Positions 1 to 8,701 are shown, counted from the stretch's first letter. The stretch: DNA of 26,942 nt from Spirochaetales bacterium (GCA_037142615.1 JBAXAI010000047.1:1-26942); one strand, 5' to 3'. Made by a program: numbers and translations. The notes: a model not told the origin generated them from the letters alone.

Positions 1-132
1 ATTGTGATTTTCAACATTGGTGGCAACAAGTACCGCTTGGTGGTGCGAGTTTTCTTTGAGACGCATGTGATCTACGTGCGCTTCGTGGGGACCCACGCCG
101 AATACGACGCCATTAACCCAGAGGACCTATGA
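1..132 (+). CDS. higB: HigB-family (RelE superfamily) toxin, 3' end only (runs off the window start)
   Basis: Frame 1 reads [43 protein letters not shown], with the [10 protein letters not shown] and GTHAEYD HigB signatures. The TGA stop overlaps the next ATG (ATGA, 129-132). Confidence 0.9.
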   Translation: MVIFNIGGNKYRLVVRVFFETHVIYVRFVGTHAEYDAINPEDL

Positions 133-1325
133 CCAAGTTTCAACTGAAGCCCATTACCAGCGCTACCGAACACGAGGCGGCTCTCGCGCAATTCGACAGC
201 CTGATCGATGCCGACGAAGGAACGCCAGAGGCCTACGAACGCGATGTGCTGGCCATCCTCATCGAAAAGTACGAAGACGAAACCATTAACCTCCCGCTCC
301 CACACCCCATCGAGGCTATCAAGTTCCGCCTGGAACAGGCCGGGCTGACCCGTAAGGCCCTCGAGCCGATCTTGGGTGGCAAGACCCGGGTATCGGAGAT
401 TCTTTCGGGCAAGCGCGAGCTGACGATACAGATGGCGCGAGGACTGCACGCCCAGCTGGGTATACCGGCCGAATCACTGCTAGGAAGCTCGACACCGCGC
501 GAAGGGCAGACGGTTGACATCACTTGGGACCGGTTTCCGGTGGTCGAGATGGAGCGCAATGGGGCCTTTCGGCGGTTCGGACTCGCCGATGTGAAGGGCA
601 AAGCCGAAACTGCCGTCGGACGGCTTATCACGTTCCTTGGGGGTGTGGAAGCCCTGCCGACTGCCCTCTTCCGAACGGGGGCCTCAACGCGCAAGAACGC
701 CAAGCTCAACTCGTACGCGCTCCGTGGGTGGTGCTTGCAGGTTCTGGCCGAAGCGCAGGAGACGGCGGTGCCACGCTTTGATGCTACCAAGTTCACCCCC
801 GAAATCCTTCGCCATTTGGTCCAACTCAGTTCCCAAAAGGACGGACCACAGGCGGCCCAGTTGTTTTTGGGGAGCCTGGGCGTAGTGCTCGTCCACGTGA
901 AGCACCTGAAAAACACCTATCTCGATGGGGCGGCCTTTTTGACGAAGGAGCACAAGGCCGTCATTGGCCTCTCCCTGCGGTACAACCGCATCGACAACTT
1001 CTGGTTTGCGCTCTTCCATGAGTTGGGGCACCTGATGATGCACCTGGGCGACAAGCCGGGAGACTTTTTGGTCGACGATCTGTCGCTCAGCGCGGGTTCG
1101 GATGACCTCGTCGAGAAACAAGCCGACGATTTTGCACAGAAGGCCCTGCTTCCGGATGACTTTGCGCTTGACCAGCAAGATTTCATCACAGCGCTCGACG
1201 TTGTGCAGTACGCCCAGCAGCAGGGGATTTCGCCCGCTATTGTGGCAGGCCGGGTCCAGCACACCAAACAGAACTACCGCGTGTTTGCCAGTTTGTTGGG
1301 TCGGGGGCAGGTTGTGCTCAGCTAA
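129..1325 (+). CDS. higA: HigA-type antitoxin (XRE HTH) fused to an ImmA/IrrE-family metallopeptidase domain
   Basis: N-terminus LAILIEKYE...[15 protein letters not shown]...[13 protein letters not shown] (HigA HTH); C-terminus [13 protein letters not shown] (HExxH) and EKQADDFA. Overlaps the higB stop. Confidence 0.88.
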   Translation: MTKFQLKPITSATEHEAALAQFDSLIDADEGTPEAYERDVLAILIEKYEDETINLPLPHPIEAIKFRLEQAGLTRKALEPILGGKTRVSEILSGKRELTIQMARGLHAQLGIPAESLLGSSTPREGQTVDITWDRFPVVEMERNGAFRRFGLADVKGKAETAVGRLITFLGGVEALPTALFRTGASTRKNAKLNSYALRGWCLQVLAEAQETAVPRFDATKFTPEILRHLVQLSSQKDGPQAAQLFLGSLGVVLVHVKHLKNTYLDGAAFLTKEHKAVIGLSLRYNRIDNFWFALFHELGHLMMHLGDKPGDFLVDDLSLSAGSDDLVEKQADDFAQKALLPDDFALDQQDFITALDVVQYAQQQGISPAIVAGRVQHTKQNYRVFASLLGRGQVVLS

Positions 1326-1364
1326 TCGTCGCTACCAGTCCGGGGTGTCTCGGGCAACGCCCGC

Positions 1365-1391
1365 CTCCGCGTTCTCCGCGTCCCCGCGCGA
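1365..1391. repeat. Imperfect 9-bp tandem repeat (ctccgcgtt / ctccgcgtc / cccgcgcga), intergenic
   Basis: Seen directly; on the minus strand it reads tcgcgcggggacgcggagaacgcggag. Confidence 0.6.
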
Positions 1392-1461
1392 AATTCTAGA
1401 TTTCTGACCCATCCTTGAAGCAAAATGGTACTTCTGCCCGTCTGTCCTTTCGGAGGGCAAA

Positions 1462-1666
1462 ATGCCAACAAGATTTCCATGCTTGGTTTCAAGGCCAAGA
1501 AGCGAAGTTTTCCATTGAGGACTGTACCTGCCTGGGTGGGGAATTTCCAGGAAACAAACGTCGACTGGTGGAGGCCTGGATCGAACTTCGGCGCGATGAG
1601 CTGCTTGCCGACTGGGAATTGGCAAGATTGGGTCAGGATCTGGAAAAAATCGAGCCACTCCTGTAG
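1462..1666 (+). pseudogene. DUF4160-family protein (putative TA toxin) with a frameshifted/deleted N-terminus
   Basis: RBS GGAGGG at 1452-1457 precedes ATG-CCA-ACA (MPT) at 1462, but that frame stops after 18 codons. The body FHAW...LVEAWIELRRDELLADWELARLGQDLEKIEPL is in another frame, and the usual segment between MPTISM and FHA is missing. Confidence 0.75.
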
Positions 1667-1675
1667 AGTTTCTGT

Positions 1676-1912
1676 ATGTTGCCCAACGTAGTTGAAGTGA
1701 GTGTACGTCCCCAACTCCATTTGGAACTTCGTTTCCGAAGTGGCGAAGTTAAGGTTTTTGATGCTCGGCCCTACCTGAATGTTGGCCGCTTTCTTGAGTT
1801 GCTCGATGAGCGGCTATTTGCTCAGGCAAAGGTTGTTCTTGGTACGGTCGAGTGGCCCAACGGTCTCGATTTCGACCCTGAAGACCTTTATGAACTTTCG
1901 GTGCCGGTATAG
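1676..1912 (+). CDS. DUF2442-family protein (putative antitoxin partner of DUF4160)
   Basis: LELRFRSGEVKVFD...F.QAKV..GTVEWPNGLDFDPEDLYE pattern; lies immediately downstream of DUF4160. Confidence 0.85.
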   Translation: MLPNVVEVSVRPQLHLELRFRSGEVKVFDARPYLNVGRFLELLDERLFAQAKVVLGTVEWPNGLDFDPEDLYELSVPV

Positions 1913-1931
1913 TTGAACACAGGGTTTCCTA

Positions 1932-2100
1932 ATGGCGGATCTTCTGGAAATCGCCGGTCGTCTCCCGCCTGGTGCGCGTCATGAATTGCGGGACTTCGCG
2001 GGAACAGGAAGACTGGAAGGTCATAGCTCAAACGGGCCTCAGTAAAGTCTGGGACAATCCCCATGACGAATATGACGCCATCAACCCAGAGGACCTATGA
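1932..2100 (+). pseudogene. DUF2281-like small antitoxin remnant, frameshifted and fused to a higB tail copy
   Basis: MADLLEIAGRLPPGARHELRDFA, then after a frameshift near 2001, EQEDWKVIAQTGLSKVWDNPHDE running in frame into YDAINPEDL*. Confidence 0.5.
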
Positions 2101-2121
2101 CAAGTTTCAACTGAAGCCCAT
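2067..2121 (+). repeat. Diverged direct repeat of 99-154 (higB stop / higA start junction)
   Basis: cgaatatgacgccatcaacccagaggacctatga-caagtttcaactgaagcccat versus cgaatacgacgccattaacccagaggacctatgaccaagtttcaactgaagcccat: 2 substitutions and one 1-bp deletion. Confidence 0.95.
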
Positions 2122-2176
2122 GGCCGCCGACCTCGACCACCGGGGCATCCTCAACCCCGGGAAGAACTTTCTTTAG
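2120..2176 (+). pseudogene. C-terminal remnant of an FAD-linked oxidase (GlcD / D-lactate dehydrogenase-like)
   Basis: Reads AADLDHRGILNPGKNFL*, matching the family's terminal (L/F)DPxGILNPGK motif. Confidence 0.6.
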
Positions 2177-2192
2177 CGGGCCACGTCCCCTT

Positions 2193-3180
2193 TCACGGTC
2201 GGGTTACGACAAAGTCTGCACCGGCCAAATTGCGCCAGAGGCCCGGTACCGACAAGTCGCTTGCCATGTTCGTGAATTGGACGGAGCCTGCGGCACCGGG
2301 GCGAACGTCGAGCAGCGGACCACCGGAGGTAAGGCCTGTTACCAAAAGTCGTTCAAACGAGAGTGAACCTGCGATCCGGGGCCCATGGATCGAGACAGCG
2401 CTTTCGAGAGGGGCAATGACCTCGTTGTCCAAGAACCTGATTCTCCCGGCCGATAAATCACTGTCAAAAGCTAGTACCCGAAGCGCGCCGGTGGGGCCGC
2501 CTTGATCACTTTCGTGTGCCCCGCAACGGACAAGTCGGTTTCCCTGAACGGTGACCTCGGCTTGAAGGGGCCAGGCATCAAAGTTCGCAGCGATGAGAAT
2601 GCCCGAGCCCGTGGTAACCGTGTCGTGAATCGTGTTACCAACAACCTTGCAGGTGCCGCCTCCATAAATGGCGATGCCGTTGGCCAACCACGGCAACTGA
2701 ATGAAATTGCCCTCTAGGGTGTTGTTGTTGTCGGGGGGGCCGCCCGCTTTCGGCGACCACGCGGCCAAACTGTCGTCGCCGGTGTTGCGGAAGTGGCAGT
2801 CGCGAACAACGCAGCCCGACGAGCCGCTGCAGAGATTCACCCCGTCGGCCAGGGTATTCCGGATGCGACAGGCTTCGAGGGTGAGCCCGACGACAGTTGT
2901 TTTGCCGCCCCAGGATCCCGCCCACGCCGTTCTCTGCGTCGCTGACGTCGTTGCGGTCGCGCGTTTCACCAAAAATCGCCAGATCGGCCACGTGAGCCGT
3001 TTTCCCCTCAAACCGAACCTGGCTCGCCGGCCCGACGAACCGGGTGCGCCACAGGCCGGCTCCTTGAAGGGTCACGGCTCCTAAGTGGACGTCCTGGATG
3101 CGGTAGGTGCCTTCGGGAACGTACAGCACACCGCCTTTGGCCTTGTCGAGTGCCTTCTGCAGCAACACGGTCACATCTTC
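2193..3180 (-). pseudogene. Right-handed beta-helix glycoside hydrolase (GH87 / mycodextranase / alpha-1,3-glucanase-like), frameshifted and 5'-truncated
   Basis: One frame gives DVTVLLQKALD..LYVPEGTYRI..LQGAGLWRT..DLAIFGETRDRND. A second frame gives RIRNTLADGVNL..RNTGDDSLAAWS..LPWLANGIAIYGG. The frame switches near 2905-2910 and no start codon or RBS is evident. Confidence 0.75.
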
Positions 3181-3570
3181 CAAGACGGCAGGGAGATGTC
3201 CGCCAGGCTGCAGAGGCCCCTGGAAGCCATGTCTTTGACGGCCCACACCGCGTTGATTTTTGCGTTCAGCAACGATGTGTCGCCGGAGTTGGTCTTCGCC
3301 CAGCAGGTTTTGGCGTACGGAAGGAGGGGTGACATGCTGCTGGGCCTGAGTACCTCAGGAAACTCCACCAACGTGGTCAGGGCGTTTCAAGTTGCCAGGA
3401 CCCTGGGGGTTAGAACTCTTGCACTGACGGGAGCCCAGGGAGGGCTTCTGAAGGACCTCGCCGACGTCTGCATTTCGGTGCCCGCGACGGAAACCTATGC
3501 TGCGCAGGAACTTCACCTTCCCATCTACCACGCGCTTTGCTCCATGCTCGAGGCCGGGTTCTTCTCATAG
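3180..3570 (+). pseudogene. SIS-domain phosphosugar isomerase (GmhA-like), N-terminally truncated
   Basis: AFSNDVSPELVFAQQV..GDMLLGLSTSGNSTNV..ALTG..QELHLPIYHALC; the N-terminal GNGGSAADAxH motif is absent. Confidence 0.8.
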
Positions 3571-4721
3571 AAGGTTCTTCCACAGCGGGCCTTTGCCCCG
3601 CAAAAAATGCTCAACCACCAAGTTGGCGCTGGAAAGGACCGGTGGACTGGCCTCCAGCTGGGACTGGAGAATCGAGACTTGGCGACTGCCCCGCGAAATC
3701 ACCTGGGCGTTGACCTTGGTGCTGATGCTCTGCCTCAAGTCTTCGGCCTCGGCACCGATTTCCCCGCAGATCACCACCACCTGCAGATCCAGGATGTTCA
3801 CTGCCGTCACAATCAGGGCGGCGAGGTAGTTGGCCTCCCGCTCAACGGCGTTGCGCGCCGGAAGGTGGCCGGTTCTGGCCAAGGCAACGATTTGCCTCCA
3901 GCTAGAAAGCTCAGGATGGTCGTGACTCACGGCGGAAACCAGATTGGGAATCGAGGCATAGAGCTCGAAGCAACCGCGGTTTCCGCAGCTGCAAACCGGC
4001 CCGTCGGGGTTCAAGCTGATGTGCCCGAACTCGTTTCCGAAACCCGTGGCACCCTTGGTCAACTCGCCGTTGAGGATCAGGCCGGCCCCGACGCCGGAGT
4101 CCACCACCAGCTGGAGGAAGCTCTCGTGCTCGCGACCCAGACCGAAGCTCTTCTCGGCCAGCACCAAGGCGTTGGCGTTGTTCTCCAAGAGCACCAGCGT
4201 GCCCAGGCGTTCGGCAAAGAACCCGACGATCTGCACATTCCTCCAAGTGCCGAGATTGGGTGGTGACAAAATAATGCCGTTGTTCACCTCCAGCGGCCCC
4301 GGGGCGGTGATTCCCAGGCCCAGAAGCGCGCCGTCGGGAACGCTGCGGGCTACCAAGTCCCTGAGTGCGGCTTCCATCTTTTCGAGACTGTGTTGGTACG
4401 GTAGTTCGAGGTTCAACGGGTGGTGGGCCTGGTGGCGGACCTTGCCGGCAAAATCGACCAGCCCAAGGGAGTAACCATCGCGGGATTGTAGCGCAGGCTT
4501 ACCGACGGCCTGCCGACTCCCTGACCCTTAAGGGCCCCTTCGAGCAGGATGTGTTCTCCGAGAAGTTGGTCGACAATCCCGCCGATGGCGGCCCTCGTGA
4601 GTCCCGTCAGGCGGGCCAACTCCGCGCGGGAGTAAGGGTGCCTTCGCAACAGGCGCAGAAGCCTCAGTCGGTTCTGATTCTTCATGGCGGTTGCGTTGCT
4701 CGGACCCATGCCACGAACCAT
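3565..4721 (-). pseudogene. ROK-family transcriptional regulator, split by a frameshift
   Basis: HTH SRAELARLTGLTRAAIGGIVDQL and GRP lie in ORF 4413-4721. ROK motifs GITAPGP, ENNANA, GVGAGLILNG and EFGHISLNPDGPVCSCGNRGCFE lie in ORF 3565-4416. The frame switches near 4480 (YNP|DGYSLG|LVDFAGK). Confidence 0.85.
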
Positions 4722-4802
4722 AACGAATCCCGAACCAGAAGTAAAATGTACCCGATCACCCGCTGTGTGGTTCGGTACCCGGGTGGGGCCAAGGCGGCCT
4801 AC

Positions 4803-6077
4803 CTACACCGACTCTGGCAGTTCCTTGACGGGAACCCGTACTGGCCAGAAGGTGAAGCTCAGGGCCCCGAGGGTCGAAATAACCCCGCAAATGACGAGGG
4901 TCGGTCCGAGACCGAACCATGCCGAGAGTTGCACCCCAACCATGGGGCCAAAGCAGGCCCCCGCGTTCATCAGTAGCGACCAGTAGGCGGCGTACTCGGT
5001 CCGGCTATTCTCGGGCATGACTTTGAGAAGCGTGTTGGTATGGCTCAGGCTGACCCCGGCGTTGGCAAAGGCGTTGAGCGCGTTGGCAAAGAGAATGAGG
5101 ACTAACGAAGGCGAAAGGCCCACGAGCAACGGAAACGTGCTGGCAAGCACCATCGTGATCTTCAACGTTGTGCTCTCGCCGAAGCGGTGCATCCATCGGC
5201 GCCAAAACACGTACGAGGCGATGGTCACCAGACCAGAAACTGTTCCGTTCACACCAAGCCAGCCTTCGTCTGCTCCGCAAGTCTTTATGTAATAGAGAAT
5301 GAAGAGAGGACCAGCCGTCCACAGCATGAAGGCCTGGATGAAGGTGTTTCGCACGATCGAGCGGAAGCCTGCGTTTTCGAGCAAGGCGACGCGGAGCTTG
5401 CGCACTTCCTCGAACAGCGACAGCCGTGAGGCCGTTGGAGGGGGACGGTGGGGAACGACGATTTTCGCGAGGTAGCGGATACTGATGAAGGACGTCAGAA
5501 TCCCGACTCCGAACATCACCTGGTAGTTGGCGGGGTAGGGAGCTTCCTTCAGCCAGATGCCAAACGCGAAGATCAACACCGCCGAGGCGGCGTTGTTGAC
5601 GATGGCCCGCGCGGAAAACACCGCGGCCCGCCGCTCCTCGCTTACCACGTCGGCGAGCAGCGACAAGAAACCGATGTTGAAAAAGTGGGCTGGAATACCG
5701 ATCAGGATGAAGATCCAGACGCTGAATGTTCCCACAGGCAGTCCAAACCCGATAACGAAAGGGAGCAGGACAATCAGCGTGAACGAAGCCCGGTGAACGG
5801 CAAGGCTGGCCACGAGCCATTTCTTCGGGTTATGACGGCTCATAATGAAGCGGCCGGCCGGAAGGGCAACCAAGATCACCAGGAGCGAGGGGATGGAACT
5901 GAGCAGGCCGATTTCCGCGTTGCTCGCCCCCAGACGGAGTGCGAAGGCCGCACCAAAGGCCACGGCACTGCCCAGAAGCGAAGCCCAGAACATCTCGGCG
6001 ATCAGGAAGGAAGCATTCTTGTCTTCGCCGTTGCCGTGGTCCAGCTTGAAGGTGCGGTGAATTATCTTCAGAACCAT
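4803..6077 (-). CDS. MFS transporter
   Basis: 424 aa with about 12 hydrophobic segments; LGASNAEIGLL, LLADVVSEERRA and PENSRTEY loop motifs. Confidence 0.85.
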   Translation of the reverse strand: MVLKIIHRTFKLDHGNGEDKNASFLIAEMFWASLLGSAVAFGAAFALRLGASNAEIGLLSSIPSLLVILVALPAGRFIMSRHNPKKWLVASLAVHRASFTLIVLLPFVIGFGLPVGTFSVWIFILIGIPAHFFNIGFLSLLADVVSEERRAAVFSARAIVNNAASAVLIFAFGIWLKEAPYPANYQVMFGVGILTSFISIRYLAKIVVPHRPPPTASRLSLFEEVRKLRVALLENAGFRSIVRNTFIQAFMLWTAGPLFILYYIKTCGADEGWLGVNGTVSGLVTIASYVFWRRWMHRFGESTTLKITMVLASTFPLLVGLSPSLVLILFANALNAFANAGVSLSHTNTLLKVMPENSRTEYAAYWSLLMNAGACFGPMVGVQLSAWFGLGPTLVICGVISTLGALSFTFWPVRVPVKELPESV

Positions 6078-6196
6078 CGGCCCTCCCGATCCTTCTGTGC
6101 CTAGGCCGAACGGATGGCAACGGAACTTCCGCGCTGAGCTTGAGTATACGGGGTCCAGGGGGTGGACGTTTCTAACGAGTGTCGATTGATGTTGCG

Positions 6197-6225
6197 TTGA
6201 CCCCTTTTGCCGGGGGAAGTATGAA
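6197..6225 (+). promoter_or_regulatory. Putative sigma70 promoter for the dehydrogenase operon
   Basis: TTGACC (6197-6202), 17 bp, TATGAA (6220-6225), upstream of the ATG at 6245. Confidence 0.4.
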
Positions 6226-6244
6226 AAGCAAGGGGGTCACAGAC

Positions 6245-7225
6245 ATGCGTCAGGCCGTTATTACCGACTACAACTTTGCGGACGTCGAGCTGGAACGGAA
6301 CCTCCTCGCCCCGTTGGGCTGCCGGTTGGAAGCCCTCAAGTCCAGCAGCAACCGGGACGAACTGGTTTCGCTGGTAAAGCACGCCGATTTCGTCATCACC
6401 CAGTTCGCCGACCTCAATGCCGAGGTGATCGGACAGATGGAAAGGTGCAAGCTTATTGTCCGGTACGGTATCGGCGTCGACAACGTCGATGTCAAGGCCG
6501 CCGCGCTCAAGGGAATTCCGGTGTGCAACGTTCCCGATTACTGCACCAACGAAGTGGCCGATCATGCCTTGGCCCTCATCCTTGATCTCTGCCGACGGGT
6601 TACCGAAAACGCCGTCAAGGTCCGCGGTGGCACGTGGGGTTCGGCGGTGCCGTTGCAGGCCATGCGGAGCCTCAAGGACCAAACGGTGGGCATAGTGGCC
6701 TACGGAAGGATTGGCCGGGAAGTGGCCCTCCGGTTGCGGGCTTTCAAGTGCGAACTGGTGGCCTTTGATCCGTTTGCCGACGAGGCGAAGATGCGCGCCG
6801 ATGGCGTCGAGCCGGTGAGCCTTGAACAATTGTACTCCCGAAGCACCATCATCACGCTTCACTGCCCGAGCACCGAGGAAACTCGTTTCATGATCAACGC
6901 CGAGTCGATTGCCAGAATGAGGGTGGGCACTCTGCTGGTTAACGTGTCGCGAGGGACGCTGGTCCAGACCGACGACCTCGCCCGGGCCCTCGCTTCGGGC
7001 CACCTGGCCGCCGCCGCGGTCGATGTCACCGATCCGGAACCAATTGATCCGGCCCACCCGCTTGTCGGGCTTGGGAACGCGCTGATCACGCCCCATGTTG
7101 CCGCATGGAGCCCCCAGGCGGTTCTCAGGCTCCGGCACGCGGTCGCCGAGACGGTTGCCATCGCGCTTCGAGGTGAGAAGTTGCCCAACGTCGTCAACGG
7201 CGGGGCTCTTGGAAAGGTTTCTTGA
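6245..7225 (+). CDS. D-isomer-specific 2-hydroxyacid dehydrogenase (CtBP/SerA-like)
   Basis: RYGIGVDNVD, NVPDYCTNEVADHA, AYGRIG, NVSRG, DVTDPEP, TPHVAAWS. Start placed at 6245, after AAGGGGG. Confidence 0.9.
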   Translation: MRQAVITDYNFADVELERNLLAPLGCRLEALKSSSNRDELVSLVKHADFVITQFADLNAEVIGQMERCKLIVRYGIGVDNVDVKAAALKGIPVCNVPDYCTNEVADHALALILDLCRRVTENAVKVRGGTWGSAVPLQAMRSLKDQTVGIVAYGRIGREVALRLRAFKCELVAFDPFADEAKMRADGVEPVSLEQLYSRSTIITLHCPSTEETRFMINAESIARMRVGTLLVNVSRGTLVQTDDLARALASGHLAAAAVDVTDPEPIDPAHPLVGLGNALITPHVAAWSPQAVLRLRHAVAETVAIALRGEKLPNVVNGGALGKVS

Positions 7226-7238
7226 CAGGAGGAACAGC

Positions 7239-7997
7239 ATGAAAGTCGATTTAGGTGGAAAAGTTGCTATCGTCACCGGCGCATCGGGTGGCATTGGCGG
7301 CGCTATTGCCGCCAGCCTAGCCAGAAACGGGGCTACGGTCGTCAATGCTGACCTGACGGAAGATCCTCTCTACCTCTTCCACAAGACCGATGTCAGCGAC
7401 TTCTCGAGCGTGAGGGCGTTGGTTGACGCGGTACTTTCCGCACACGGCAAGATCGATATCTTGGTGAACAACGCCGGCGTCAACATCGCCGGCAAGAAGC
7501 GCAAGAACATCGATGAGTTTCCTGATGAGGAGTGGTCGCGCATTCTGGCCATCGATCTCGATGGTGTCTATCACTGCTCCAAGCTCGTGTCCCAAGCGAT
7601 GATCAAGCAGGGGGGGGGCCGAATCATCTGTATCGGCTCCGTCTTTGGAATGGTGCCCGCCCGGCAGCAGATTGCCTTCACGGCGGCCAAGGCGGCCGTG
7701 CACAACATGGCAAGGTCCATGGCCTTGGAATTGGCCCCGCACGGCATCCTCGTGAACGCGGTGGCCCCGGGCTCGATTCAACTGGAGGGCGGAAAGAGCC
7801 TCTTCTACTCCAAAGAGGCCGACCTGAACGACTTAACCGCCCGTATGCTCAGCCACATTCCGTTGGCGCGCCCTGGGAAACCCGAGGAAGTCGCGGAAAT
7901 GGTCAGTTTTCTTTGCGCGGCCGAAAGCAGCTACATCACGGGTCAAGTCATTGCTATCGACGGTGGCTGGACGGCTGGATACACTCGCGATTTTTAG
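7239..7997 (+). CDS. SDR-family oxidoreductase with an atypical FxxxK active site
   Basis: TGASGGIG, NNAG, FTAAK, NAVAPG, SYITGQ..DGG; RBS AGGAGG before the ATG at 7239. Confidence 0.9.
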   Translation: MKVDLGGKVAIVTGASGGIGGAIAASLARNGATVVNADLTEDPLYLFHKTDVSDFSSVRALVDAVLSAHGKIDILVNNAGVNIAGKKRKNIDEFPDEEWSRILAIDLDGVYHCSKLVSQAMIKQGGGRIICIGSVFGMVPARQQIAFTAAKAAVHNMARSMALELAPHGILVNAVAPGSIQLEGGKSLFYSKEADLNDLTARMLSHIPLARPGKPEEVAEMVSFLCAAESSYITGQVIAIDGGWTAGYTRDF

Positions 7998-8023
7998 GTA
8001 TAAACTATTGCCCCAAGGGGTCA

Positions 8024-8701
8024 ATGACCATGCTCACGCCGATCGAGAAGAAGTCACTTTCCACCGAGGTTTCAAACCGTATTCGAAGCAGCATCTTCAA
8101 CGGGAGTTTGAAGCCGGGGCAGAAACTGCTGGAACAGGAACTTTCGGAAAAGATGAATACCAGCCGTGGGCCCATCCGTGAGGCGTTTATCCTTCTTGAG
8201 CACGAAGGACTGGTCATCCGCGAAGCCAACCGCAGCGTGGTCGTTGTCGACTTGACTGAGACCGACGTCGAAGAAATCCACAGTATCCGGCTGTCGTTGG
8301 AACTGCTGGCGCTCCACTATCTGTGCGCCAACAGCGTGGTCGTCAACACCAGGCCCATGGCCGAGGCCATCGCGAGGCTTCGCTCGAGCATCGTTGACGG
8401 CTCGACCCTCGAGGACGCTGTGCAGCACGACCTGGACTTTCACGAGGAAATGATCCGCGCTTCGGGTCACAGCAGGCTCCTCAAACTTTGGATGAGTCTT
8501 CGTCCTCAGATCGGGTATTTGATCTTCATCAAGAATATCCACAGCTTCTTCGACTTCGAACGGGGTTGCAACCAGCACGTCGAGTTCATCCGCTTGATCG
8601 ACCGGAAAGACTACCTGAACGCCGAGCACCTGATGCGAACCCATCTCACGAGCGTTCTCGACGCTCTGCTCGAGAGTTTTGTCCAGAAGCTGAACGCCTG
8701 A
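8024..8701 (+). CDS. GntR-family regulator (FadR/FCD subfamily)
   Basis: LKPGQKLLEQELSEKMNTSRGPIREAFILLEHEGLV winged HTH; DLDFHEEM..SGH and H..F..LI..MRTHL FCD domain. Confidence 0.9.
   Translation: MTMLTPIEKKSLSTEVSNRIRSSIFNGSLKPGQKLLEQELSEKMNTSRGPIREAFILLEHEGLVIREANRSVVVVDLTETDVEEIHSIRLSLELLALHYLCANSVVVNTRPMAEAIARLRSSIVDGSTLEDAVQHDLDFHEEMIRASGHSRLLKLWMSLRPQIGYLIFIKNIHSFFDFERGCNQHVEFIRLIDRKDYLNAEHLMRTHLTSVLDALLESFVQKLNA

Noticed and set aside
1326-2190. Integron cassette array explanation for the small TA genes
   Set aside because: No attC-like RYYYAAC...GTTRRRY inverted structures were recognised, and there is no integrase in the window.
4465-4485. Programmed frameshift in the ROK gene
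   Set aside because: There is no slippery heptamer or long homopolymer, and conserved residues also appear to be missing, so decay or sequencing error is more likely.
6101-7345. Long antisense ORFs (this one, and 8611-9624, 13519-14934, 16013-16987, 23686-24603, 24716-25642)
   Set aside because: Shadow frames opposite well-supported genes in GC-rich DNA, with no recognisable motifs.
7532-8023. N-terminal extensions in the ORF track (GntR from 7532, SDR from 7095, SDR from 14814, AKR from 19334, DH from 21920, SDR from 22354) as possible fusions
   Set aside because: They overlap neighbouring genes or promoters, and better starts with RBSs or family-typical N-termini exist downstream.
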